From: Okamejei kenojei
Taxonomy: Eukaryota
Length of the DNA: 64,000 nucleotides
Direction of reading: 5' to 3'
NCBI GenBank assembly: GCA_035221665.1
Contig: CM069154.1
Coordinates: forward strand, 9,114,001-9,178,000
Of this stretch, positions 1 through 11,415 are shown piece by piece (within the stretch, counting starts at the first letter, position 1; each line of letters opens with the position of its first letter). Below the pieces are notes generated by a model. That model saw nothing but the letters and a program-made list of their open reading frames with translations, was not told the DNA's origin and did not search any database. The translations under genes were made by a program, and so were the position numbers.

Positions 1-1399
1 ATCTTCAGCCCAGTGGGAGCTCCGTTCAAAGCAGCATCTTCAAATTGCCAAATGTTCGACTTACGAGCATTAGCCAGGGGGAACCTGCAGGTGAATATAA
101 ATGTTTGCATCTCTTTTCACTAAATAATGATTAGCGAGACCAAGACGAGTCCAGACCTGAAACATCACCTATCCATGTTCTCCAGAGAAACTGCCTGACC
201 TACTGAATTACTTGAGTACTTTGTCTTTTTTCAGGGAACATAGAACTTGATTATTTGTTGAGGGATAACATCCCCCCCCCCCTCCCCCCCCCCCCCCCCC
301 CCCCCCCCCCCTTCCGCACCGTCCCTGCAACTGAACACTTTTTTCTCATTTCCAGTTCTCATGAATGGTGTTCAATTAAACCATTAGCTGTGTTCCTCTT
401 CCCTTTAATGCTGCCCGCCTGCTGAGTATTTCCAAACTGTTGTGTGTTTAGTTTTCTGGCAACTGCAGTTTAAAAAAAAAAGGTATGTTCAAAGTATTCT
501 TAAATCTCTTGTATATGTTATACTCTTCAAAACAACTTGACTCCTCGATTTTATTCACAGAGATATAAACTACTAACAAGAGTCCTGAACGTTTAATGAA
601 CATTTATAGAATTATCAGTATTTGCAATGATTGCATTAACCCAATCATGGTATAATCTTTCTAAACCAAAGAGAGACAAAATAATCCTTCGCTTCCTGTC
701 ACAGGGTCACAATAACAGTGACAAACACCCTTTACAAAGCACAATGATAATGTAAAGTGATACTGTAAAGTGAGCCATCCGAAGCCTTGCCTCATAACTT
801 GAATTCAAAGAAAAACTGTGTCCAAGCTAACAATAAGGAAGTTGGTGAAAGGAATACTTCAAAAGCTATATATGTCTGCTATATGTCTCATTACTTCAGT
901 TTTCATAGAGCAGCACATTTTTGAAAAAAGCATTTGAAACTCAGCAGAATAGAAAAAGGAAACTCTCTCTGATGCAACCACTATTTGTCAAACCATTTGT
1001 ATTCAAGCATACATGACGTAAATATTGGGAAATCCAGCTCATTTCAGCTGTGCCTTGTAGATTATAAGTGCATTTGCAGTGGGCAGTTATTATTGTATCT
1101 CATTTCTTGCGACCTGCATCAACAATGTGTGACAAAGGGACTAATCTGAATTGGTGTAGAGTTTGGATTCAGTGCCAAATTGGTGAAGTTATTGCACTAC
1201 ATGTTGTTGGTTAATGGACATGACTGTCCCTTGAGATATACTGAGATTCCACCACGCAGCCTCTCCTGCAGCAAGGAGCTTCTGTGTCTGAGCACTGCCA
1301 ACGTTTTCTCATCATGTGGAGAGACCAGTGTAATGCAAGTAAACCAAAGGTACAGTAAATGTTTCCCCTCGACTAATTCTTCACTAATGTGTTTTCCAC

Positions 1400-1880
1400 A
1401 GCAAATCCGAGGATTTAGAAGAGTACAGGACAAAGAGTGGAAGATGTTTCCAGCCTGAGCTGTAAGGAGAGGTTAAGCAGGCTGGGACTCTATTCCATGG
1501 AGCGCAGGAGGATAAGGGGTGATCTTATAGAGGTGTACAAAAGCGCGAGAGGAAGAGATCGGGTAGATGGACAGTCTGTCGCCCACAATTGGGGAATCGA
1601 GAGAGGACATAGGTTTACGGTGAGGGGGGGAGGGGGGGAGAAGAGTTAATAGGAACCTGAGGGATAACCTTTTCAAACAGAGTGGTGGGTGTATGGAATG
1701 AGCTGCCAGAGGAGGTAGCTGTGGCAGGTAGTTTTGCAATGTTTAAGAAACAATTGGACAGGTACATGGATAGGAGAGGTTTAGAGGGATATGGGCCAAA
1801 AGCAGGCAGGTGGGACAAGTGCAGATAGGGCATGTTGGTTGGTGTGGGCAAGTTGGGTCGAAGGGCCCGTTTCCACTATG
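1400..1880 (+). mobile_element. CR1-family (HER1-like) LINE 3' fragment
   Basis: ERLSRLGLYSMERRRIRGDLIEVYK, FKQSGG/WNELP-type remnants and a gaagggcc-type tail. Confidence 0.85.
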
Positions 1881-2709
1881 ACGCTACGTACATTGACGCT
1901 ACTAAATATAGCTTCATTTTCCCCTTTACAACATATTTATTTATTTTATTAGATGCAAAACCTCGTAAATTTTTATGGACTGTTTATGCTGTTTCAAAAA
2001 CATTGTTGATTTTGGGCAGTGTTATGAAATATCTTTTGAAAGATTCAAGGATTATTCATCATCAAACTCTATTGCTGGCCAAATAGAAAATAATACAATC
2101 GATCTAGACTCAGATGCATTAGATCAATGCAAATGGGTAGAAAAAAAAAGATATTATTATAGGTTTTCTGAGATTTCTGATTTTAATCAATTTAAACTGT
2201 TAGAATATTACTGTTGATATTTTGTTTACAATGGCATTCTTTCCCAGTCGATGAATTTACATTTGCCCCCAACATAGCAAAATCTTTCTGATGAAGCAGC
2301 AGCTCATTGAAAGGTTGTTATTATGTAAGATAATTGATACAAATGTAACTTGGGAATGGGGGTGAGATTTCAGCTGAAAGTCTTTATTGTGAAGCTTCAT
2401 ACACCACTTACACCATCACCCTACAGGGCTTGCTCTACTCTTATCATTACTGAGGTAAAACATGTCTTCAATTCAGCAGCACTGATTTAATTTAGTTCGT
2501 AGTTGATAAGTTCATATGTCATAGGAAAAGAGTTAGGCCATTCAGCCCATCAAGTCTACTTTGGTGTAAATTAATTTATTGTTACTGAGTTCTCTAAAGC
2601 GGTTATATTTAGGGTATATTAATAGCCGTAGTGCCACTACATAACTCCTAGCTCAATAGGCTCTCTGGAAAGGCTGTCATTTACAGATGTCAGACAGAAC
2701 GTTAAGAGT

Positions 2710-3110
2710 CTACTTTGGCTCAGTTCATAATTCTCTTCTCTCTTGAGACAGAAGATTCAAGTTCCACACCTTAGGCTTGAGTACAAAATTCTAGGCTGAC
2801 GTTCCCGTTCAGTATTGTGGTGTTGGAGGCAGTATCGTTCAGGTGAGATCTGAGCTGTGGCCCTGACTGCTCCCTCATATAGATGTAAGAGACCCTTGGA
2901 AACAATTGAACAAAGAGCAATGGTGTTGTCCCTTGTGTCACAGGCAAGATTTATCTTTGAAATAATATTATATACAATGTAGCTGACGGTGATCACATTT
3001 CTGAAGCTGTGTTCAAACAATTTGACTCCATTCTTAAGTTTCAGCATCGACTACACTGGAATATTTTACTCTGATATTCGGAAAGGGATATGAAAGGTGC
3101 TTTGCAAGTC
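2710..3110 (+). mobile_element. Ancient Deu-domain SINE (SacSINE1/AmnSINE-like)
   Basis: Colinear, diverged similarity to the Deu domain as I recall it (ctaggctgac...caggtgagat...gatgtaagagaccc...atttatc). Other fragments lie near 39355-39500, 50080-50520 and 57350-57580. Confidence 0.6.
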
Positions 3111-3454
3111 TAAGCCAGTCGAGTAACAGTCTCACACTTTGGTGCAGACATCAACCAAAGTCACTTCTATGGAAACCTGAAAATGATCAAGCTGGTCTTC
3201 TATTTCACCTTTAAGGTACTTGGGTCAACAGATCAGAGTGATTCATTAACTTATCAATATTATCTTCCTCTGGGTACTGTCATCTTAACCAGTTCTTCTA
3301 ATATTTACTTAGCAGGAAGGAGGAGGAGCAAACCAAAAGTTGCAGCACATTGGGGGAAGTTTCTTAATAAAGCAATAGCATGTTTCCTGTTCATTAATGC
3401 TGAGCCACCAGACTACGGCAGCTTCTGTCAGTTTGTCCAACTGTGCTTTCTCTA

Positions 3455-3745
3455 GGTGTAGGAAAGAAGTGCAGATGCTGGTTTAAATCAAAGGTAGACA
3501 CAAAATGCTGGAGTAACTCGGCAGATCAGGCAGCATCTCTGGACAGAATGAATGGGTGACATTTCGGGTCGAGACCCTTCTTTAGTAGATTTAATTTCTT
3601 CATAAGAAGGGTCTCCCATTCCTTCTCTCGAGAGATGCTGTCTGACCCGCTGAGTTACTCCAGCATTTTGTGTCTACCTATACTTTATATGTTTAAGAAA
3701 GAACTGCAGATGCTGGATTAAACTGAAGGTAGACACAAATTGCTG
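3455..3745. repeat. Penelope-derived terminal repeat in inverted arrangement
   Basis: gacacaaaatgctggagtaactc...gagttactccagcattttgtgtc inverted arms. Similar structures at about 20560-20770, 29730-29925 and 39605-39945. Confidence 0.7.
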
Positions 3746-5019
3746 GAGCTGCCAGAGGAGGTAGTTGAGGCAGGTACTAATCGCAATCTTTGAGAAACAG
3801 TTAGACAGGCACATGGATAGGACAGGTTTAGCGGGATATGTGCCAAATGCAGGCATGTGGGACTAATGTAGATGGGACATGTTGATCAATGTGTGCAAGC
3901 TGGGACGAAGGACCTGATTCCACTCTGCATGACCCCGTCACTCTCTATGACTCACAATTCTGTTCCTCAGTGGTTAAAGGTTTGGTATTGTTGAAGTTGT
4001 AGGTCTTTTTATTGCCCATGAAATGTTTTGAGTTGTCATACATTGGTGTAAAATATATATGGTCAAACAATACTAATTCACAGTTGAATTTCTTCTAACT
4101 TCTATTTATGGTTTTGCACATTGTAGGGATAAAAAATATTCTTCACGTTGAAAGTTACTTACAATGCTATGTATTACACAAGTCCATGTGCATATTATTT
4201 CATCTTAAACGTTTTAGAATCTAATCAAAGGTTACTGTAATACACAGAACCCATCTGTAGGAAAGGACTTTTGCTACAGCTGTAAATGAATAAATGTGAG
4301 AGCATTTAAAAATCAAATGCATTCACTGTCACATACACCAAAGATAATCCCCAAGAAAAAGAGTAAAATTCTCACAAGAATAAACAACCTCCCTGAAATG
4401 TTTAACTTCCCTGAGAACTACTTTACTTTATTAAGAATCCATGGTCACTGCACAGGAACTTACATTTGCATATCACCTTTACCATTGTACAGCATCCTAA
4501 GGTTCTTCAGTGGGACATACTCGCAGATATTTTAGAGATTGAACCACTTGAGGACATTGGAACGATTTAAAGGGACTGATGAAAAAGTAGTTTTCTATGG
4601 GTCTGTACCATTGCGCTATAGTGCCGCACTAGGGTGAATGATGGTGCAAGCAAAATTTTGGAATGCACAAGAGATCACTGTTGAATGGCAGAGACATTGA
4701 TGTGTGTTCGGCAGATAGTGGTTTGAAAGAAAAAGTGCTAAAATAATTTGACAACAAAATGTTTTAAATTGAACTGTTGCTGTGCCAGGAAGTAGAAAAT
4801 ATTGGAAATTAAGGATCAATTTGCCTTTCTATGGCCTCTCTCCTAGCGTGGGAAGTTCTAAATCACTGAAACCAATTAAATCAACTATAGACACTGTATG
4901 CAAAAATGCAAATTTAATGTATATATTCAAAATCAGAAATCTCTTTTTTTGAATATATAAAAGACCAAGAGACACATGAATGTCAATATTGAACATCAGT
5001 TAAGGTCAAACTATTCAAC

Positions 5020-5240
5020 CCTGACTACGGGTGTTGATTGTGGCCGCGTGGGTTTGCTCCGAGTGTTCTGGTTTCCTCCCACACTCCAAAGACGTACAGG
5101 TTTGTAGGGCTAATTGGCTTTGGTTAAATTGTCCCTTGTGTGTACGATTGTGCTGGTGTACGGGGAGATCATGGTCAGTGCAGACTCGGTGGGCCGAAGG
5201 GCTTGTTTTCGCACTTTATCTCTAAACTAAAACTAAACTA
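5020..5240 (+). mobile_element. HE1-type V-SINE, 5'-truncated
   Basis: V-domain ggtttcctcccacactccaaagac and tail gggccgaaggg...ctctaaactaaa. Confidence 0.8.
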
Positions 5241-5659
5241 GACTATGTGGATGCCATGGATAAAAGAGAAGGCAAGAGTGTATGAATTAGTAATAATCAA
5301 TTTTCTCAGACAGAAACAGGCCATTTGGCACATTTGGTCTTCGCTATTGCTAGTTGGAGAAACAGAAGAAATGGTGTTCAACTTTGTTGCTGTAAATTCA
5401 TTCTATGCTACTTGTGAAGACTAGTTTTGCTCCAAATATTTTTGATGAAAATAAATGGCATAAAATTGAGTTTGGTTGGGCCATCTGGATAATGGATCCA
5501 TACATGTATAAGAGCAGATTTAGGCTAAGGTCATAAATGAATAATATTGTTGACTAGACTATCTCTTGATATCTTGACTTACATCGGCATTTTCAAGTAA
5601 CGATACAATTTGGAAGTAAAGAAGAATATGTCCTTTACTACTTTTATTTTTCATTGCAG

Positions 5660-6005
5660 CTTGAAAAGGGGGATGCAAGTACACTCAGCCTGCCAGCAAA
5701 CACAAGCTATGGTGGCTCGGACACCAACATCAGCCTTGAGGTTCCCGATGGCACACCAGATCCCCATAAGACAAAAGCTGCTATCGACCATCTTCATCAG
5801 AAGATCCTGAAAATCACAGAGCAGATAAAAATTGAGCAGACTGCACGGGACGATAATGTAGCTGAGTACTTGAAGTTGGCCAACAATGCAGACAAACAGC
5901 AAGCCTCCCGTATCAAGCAAGTCTTTGAGAAGAAGAACCAGAAATCGGCGCAGACCATAGCCCAGTTGCACAAGAAGCTAGAACACTACCACAGAAAGCT
6001 AAAAG
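5660..6005 (+). CDS. TMCC2: Transmembrane and coiled-coil domain protein 2, internal coding exon (upstream exons lie outside the window)
   Basis: Acceptor tttttcattgcag|, donor aaag|gtaatg (phase 1). Translates LEKGD...[73 protein letters not shown], the TMCC/TEX28 coiled-coil region. Confidence 0.95.
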
Positions 6006-6129
6006 GTAATGCTAACAGTAGTTATGTATTTATGTATTAAGATGATATTGATCGCTGATTACTGCACCAGTCCTAACCATGTGGACTTGAGGTCGATTGG
6101 CCTGAATATTTAATAAGCACAAAAATTAA

Positions 6130-6360
6130 GGACGGCATGGTAACGCAGTAGTAGAGTTGCTGCCTGACAGCGCCAAATAACCAGGTTCGATTGTGACTAC
6201 AGGTACTGCCTATGTAGAGGTTGTACGTTCTCCCTGTGACTGTGTGTAAATTGTCCCTACTGTGTCAGATGGTGCTAGTGTGTTCGGGGATCGCTGGTCA
6301 GTGCGGACCAGGTGTGTTGAAGGACCTGTTTCTGCGTTGTATCTCTAAACTAAACTAAAA
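6130..6360 (+). mobile_element. HE1-type V-SINE with internal deletion
   Basis: tRNA-like head (ggttcgat B box) and an (actaa)n tail. Confidence 0.8.
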
Positions 6361-6954
6361 GCTTCAATGCATACAACCCATGCAATCTCTGGTTCTGTTT
6401 CATCCTCTGTGAATCAATGGACTGACAAGCTTCTTATTTTCTGTTGGAAATAAACTCTGTCAAGAGAGTCAATAGTGTTTTATTGTCATATGTCCCAGAT
6501 AGAACAATGAAATTCTTACTTCCAGAAGGTCTGGGGAAAAAAACTTGAATTTTAAATTGTTCTTCATCTCTACAAACATTTTCAATGAGCTAGGGATAAC
6601 TGTTGTATTTTTGTTTCAATATGCAAGGGATTGGACATGAACCATTTCAGATTCCTGGTCAAAATTAATAAAAAAATAAGGATTTCAGTTCTTTGCACAA
6701 GGACAGGCAGTAACTTCAAGTTTCTTTCAGATAATTTCAACCGTATAAGAACAAAAACAAAATACCAAAGATATTTGATCTAAAATTAATGAGGGCATGC
6801 TGGAACCTGTTGAGTGTGCTCCTTGCATGTCCTCCTTTATTTCACCCAGTTTTTTTCTTGTGCTTTTTTTCCCTTCCTAAAGTAGTGACTCATTAGGATG
6901 TAAACTTGGTACCATTTAGATTACTTCGCCAGGATAGTGAACGTTTTGGATGGG

Positions 6955-7460
6955 CCTTAGATAGACACAATTGCTGGTGTAACTTATTGCATCAGACAGC
7001 ATATCTGGAGAAAAAGAAAAAGAGACGTTTCGGGTCGGAACCTTCTTCAGGCTGAAAGACAGAAAAAGCCGGCAACAGATGACCACTGGAAGGGTGGAGC
7101 CCATAATGGCCCATTGTTGGCTGGGGATAACAAATGTGATAACGAGGGTTACCAGGATGCGAACAGTGGAACTGAGGGGGGGGGGGGGGGGGGGGGGGGT
7201 GGGGGGGGGGGGGGGGGGGGGGGGGGGGGAGGGGAGAGAGGGAATGCAAGAGAATTAAAATTAGAGAAATCAACTTTCGACCGCTGGGTTGTAAGCTGCC
7301 CAAGCGAAATGAGAGTGTATTGTTCATCCAATTTACGTGTGGCCTCACTCTGACAGTGGAGAAGGCCCAGGACAGAGAGGTCAATATGCAATGCGAAGGG
7401 GAATTAAAATGCTTGGAAACCAGGAGATCGCATGGGCCAAGGCGGACTGAGCGTAAGTAA
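6955..7460 (-). mobile_element. Penelope-like element remnant (endonuclease C-terminus plus terminal repeat)
   Basis: Minus strand reads LSVLGLLHCQSEATRKLDEQ and FRLGSLQPSG, then a poly-C tract and a terminal repeat with the hammerhead-like ctgaagaaggttccgacccgaaacgtc. The same peptide (LGSLQPSGMNVDF) is on + at about 63958-64000. Confidence 0.65.
7175..7234. repeat. Poly-G tract
   Basis: About 60 nt of near-pure G. Poly-C tracts also occur at about 272-311, 18795-18821 and 39514-39567. Confidence 0.9.
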
Positions 7461-7469
7461 ACTGAGTTT

Positions 7470-7830
7470 GTTAATTTAATTTATTAGTTTGTTTATTGTC
7501 ATGTGTACCGAGGTACAATGAAAAGCTTTTGTGTGCTATCCATTCAGCGGAAAGACAAGACATGATTACAATCGAGCCATTTACAGCGTATAGATATATG
7601 ATGGGGGAATAGCATTTAGTGTAGAGTAAACCCAGCAAAGTCCGATCGAAAAGGATAGTGCGGGTATCACCCATGAGGAAGGTAAGACCTTTTTTTCACC
7701 CAGTTTTATTCCACCAGGGTGGTCTTACCAGGCAGATAGTAGTTCAGGACTGCTCTCTGCTTGTGGTAAGATGGTTCAGTTGCTTGATAACAGCTGGGAA
7801 GAAACTGTCCCTGAATCTGCAGGTGTGTGT
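7470..7830 (-). mobile_element. Rex1-like LINE 3' end
   Basis: Reverse-complement homologue of 53500-53780, ending gacaataaa plus simple repeats. Confidence 0.6.
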
Positions 7831-7961
7831 TCAGTGTGTTAATGCCATCCTTGTGTCATGCTTTATAAAAGTGTTTCCATGAAAGATTACAACTTGGTAA
7901 TTATGAATGGGAATCTATGTTGAGATTAAATTGCCTCCACCTTGTGGCACAAAGATCATTA

Positions 7962-8532
7962 ATGCCCCTGTCCCACTTGGAAAACCTCTGGAGACTTTGC
8001 GCCCCACCCAAGGTTTCTGTGCGGTTCCCGGAGGTTTTTGGCAGTCTCCCTAATGGTCGAAAGTGGTTTCCGCTTCTTCTATGTTCCGGCGATTATTTCA
8101 AAAAAATTAAAAAAACAGCTGCGACTAAAAATAGGTTGTCTTTTTAAAAATCGGTAATTTTTTAGTCGAAGCCGGTTGCGATGCTGGTTGAAGGTGGTTG
8201 CAGGTAGTGGAAGGTATGACCTTTTTTTCACCCAGTTTTATTCCACCAGGGAGGTCTTACCTTCCACTACCTGCAACCTCTGGCAACCACCTTCAACTAG
8301 CATCGCAACCGTCTTTGACAAAAAAAAGTACCTATTTTTAAAACTGCAACCTATTTTTAGTCGCAGCCGGTTTTGAATTTTTTGAAATAATCGCCGGAAT
8401 ATAGAAGAAGCGGAAAGCCACTTTCGACCATTAGGGAAACTGACAAAAACCTCCGGGAACCGCACGGAAAGCTTGGGTGGGGCGCAAAGTCTCCAGAGGT
8501 GTCCGTTCTGGTTTCCTAAGTGGGAGGGGCAT
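7962..8532. mobile_element. Palindromic MITE (PIF/Harbinger-like termini)
   Basis: TIR tgcccctgtcccactt / aagtgggaggggca; arms are complementary over almost the whole length; taa flanks. Confidence 0.75.
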
Positions 8533-8753
8533 AAGCCTCCCTTTACCATATAAGAGTGAATTTACCTGATTCGGTGTAATCCAGAAATGATACCTAAGAC
8601 ATTTTGTTTGATCAAATAGTTATCTTAAAGCTTCTGCTGTGTATGATTTTTGTTTCCTAATCTGTACTATGCTTTTATTATGAGATGATAGGAAAAAAAT
8701 GTTTTCTGGACTTCCAACTGGTTTACAGATTGAAATTCAGTTTAAATTTTGGT

Positions 8754-9064
8754 AGTTTAATTTAGAGATACAGCACAGAAACAGGCCCTTCGACCCACTG
8801 ACTTCGCACCAACCAGCGATCCCTGCACATTAACACCATCCTACACATACTTGGGACAATTTAGTTATACCAAGCCAATTAACCTACAATCCTGTGTGTC
8901 TTTCGAGTGAGGGTGGAAACCGAAGACCTCGGAGAAAAGCCGAGGGTAGGGAGAAGGTGCAAACTCCGTACAGACAGCACCCGTAGTCAGGATCGAACTC
9001 GGGCCTCCGGCGCTGCAAGCACTGTAAGGCAGCAACTCTACCGCTGCGGCACCGTTCCGCCCCA
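8754..9064 (-). mobile_element. HE1-type V-SINE
   Basis: Full head, V-domain and tail in reverse complement. Confidence 0.85.
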
Positions 9065-10826
9065 CAGTTCATGTGTTTGACATTAATTCTGGTTTCACTG
9101 CTGCCAACAGTTTTATGAAAACTGAAAGCAGAGGATAAAGAGAATTAAATCTATGTTTCGTTCCCCATCCAGAGTACAATGCTCTAAAGGGAAATGGAAA
9201 CTGAAACTAGGAATTTTGGGGAAATTTTAAAACTTTGATTTCAAATTGTTTTGTATACATTTCCTGTAATACTGAATTTCAAATTAGACAATAAATGTGA
9301 TTCAGAATTAGAAAGCAAAACAAAAATTGATATTCCTGAAGAATAAATAGCATCCTGCTGGAGCGAGGAATTGCAGAATAATTGTGGGTCAGCAAGTTGG
9401 GATATGAAAATTTTGATTTTTTTCGCCCCCAGTGATTATCTTTGGGAATCATGTTGTTTTTATAGAGTGAGAGAAAAGAGAGAGATGAGAAGATGCATTG
9501 ATTATATTATATAGAAGAAGCAAGTCTTGCGGTAGTTCATTGGCATTTGCAACCGTGCGTGTCTGGATTTGTACATCTCCAGCTCCAGTGATTAAGTGAC
9601 ACTGCTAATACTTGTGACTGCAGAGACTCTGATTACCTTTAACATTTAGCAGTTGGAAATCTATTTATCTTTTGGTAAACAAAATATCAGATTACAGGGG
9701 ATTTCAATGCTTAAATTCCTTTTTTAAACGTAAACTGGCTTATCATTGTTCAAGTAATCTGTCATTTAAAACTACATGAATCAAAATAAAATAAAAGGGA
9801 TTGCATCCTTAGTGGGATATTCCCTTCACCTAGAAAAGCCACAGAGCAGAAGGTCCAAGCTTTAATACAGTCTGCACTGAATGCAGGTTAAATCAGCAGC
9901 AGGAATGCCGCAACTTGTATTTGAGTTAAAGGTAGCAACTTCAGATCGAGTTACTATTCATTGCTGTCCGCCATCATGTATCTGTGAGTGGTTTTCAGCT
10001 AAAGAAACCAGATATTTTCACGATCTGAGAATATATACGAAATAGACAGAGCAATAAACAGTGCTGGAGGAACCCAACGGTCAGGCAGTATCTATGGGGG
10101 GAATGAACAGATGAGTTGAGTTGGCAGCCTTCTCTGGACTGATTCAGAAGCAAAGGCAACTCCATTGGTTTTGAAACTACAACTGTGTGAGTTATGAGTT
10201 CCTCCAGCACTTTGCTTTCTGCTTAAGTTTCCAGTGTCTGTGGAATGCTTTGCCACGGAAGGCTGTGGAGGCCGTCAATTAATATTTTTAGGGCAGAGAT
10301 AGATAGATTCTTGATTAGTATGGGTGTTGGAGGTTATGGGGTGAAAGCAGGAGAATGGGATTGGGAAGGAGAGATGGATCAGTCATGATTGAATGACAGC
10401 GTAGACTTGATGGGCCAAATGGCCTAATTCTCCTCTGATCACGTGACCTTATGATCTGCCATTTCTGGTGTCTTCATTGAATGGATCGATGTTTGCTACC
10501 CCATTGTGTGTCGTTGTTCTTCACCTTGCTTTAAAAATCTGGAGAATGGTCTGGAGAACTAGTTTATCACAAATTTTAACTGAAATATCTGTGTTTTGAT
10601 TTCGGGGAGTAGTGAATGTTTGTCAAAAGCTTTTTTGTGGTGTTAATCTGAACTTTGAAGTGCATTTAGAGTGAGATAGGTGAGCGCAGAGATTGTCTGA
10701 ATGTCTTCAATACTTGTCAATATGTTGGAGAGCAAGACATTTTTTTATTTCCATTTGACAATTAAAGAGACTTTAATCGTAAATGGTGCTTTTTACTAAT
10801 ATAAATTAAAAAATGAACTTTTGCAG

Positions 10827-11415
10827 AGATAGAACAAAATGGTCTCTCGAGGCAGCCAAAGGATGTTCTCCGGGACATGCAGCAAGGTCTCAAGGACGTG
10901 GGTGCCAACGTCAGAGCTGGTATCAGTGGATTTGGCGGAGGTGTGGTGGAAGGTGTGAAGGGAGGTTTGTCTGGCCTTTCCCAGGTCACTCACACTGCCG
11001 TCGTCTCGAAACCAAGGGAGTTTGCCAGCCTGATACGGAACAAGTTTGGCAGCGCTGACAACATTGCCCATTTGAAAGACACGTTGGATGAGTCACACCA
11101 GGAGGAGGCCACCAGGACACTAAGTGGCAGTGCTACGCTGGTGTCCAGTCCCAAGTATGGAAGCGAGGATGAATGTTCCAGTGCAACCTCTGGCTCTGCA
11201 GGTGGCAGCAACTCCGGGGCAGGAGCTGGAGGCATGGGCAGTCCAAAGTCAAATACTTTGGACAGCCATCATAACAATTTTGATACTATTCTGGATGAAC
11301 TTCGTGAAATTAAAGAAAGTCAGTCCCATTTAGAGGATGCTATGGAAGACTTGAAAGGACAGCTACAAAGAGACTATGCCTATATGACACAGTGTTTGCA
11401 GGAAGAACGATACAG
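10827..11415 (+). CDS. TMCC2: TMCC2 internal coding exon
   Basis: Acceptor ttttgcag|ag completes GAG in frame with the previous exon (LK-E-IEQNG). Encodes [30 protein letters not shown]...[25 protein letters not shown]...QCLQEERY, which matches TMCC2 rather than TMCC1/3. Donor ag|gtatct (phase 2). Confidence 0.96.
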
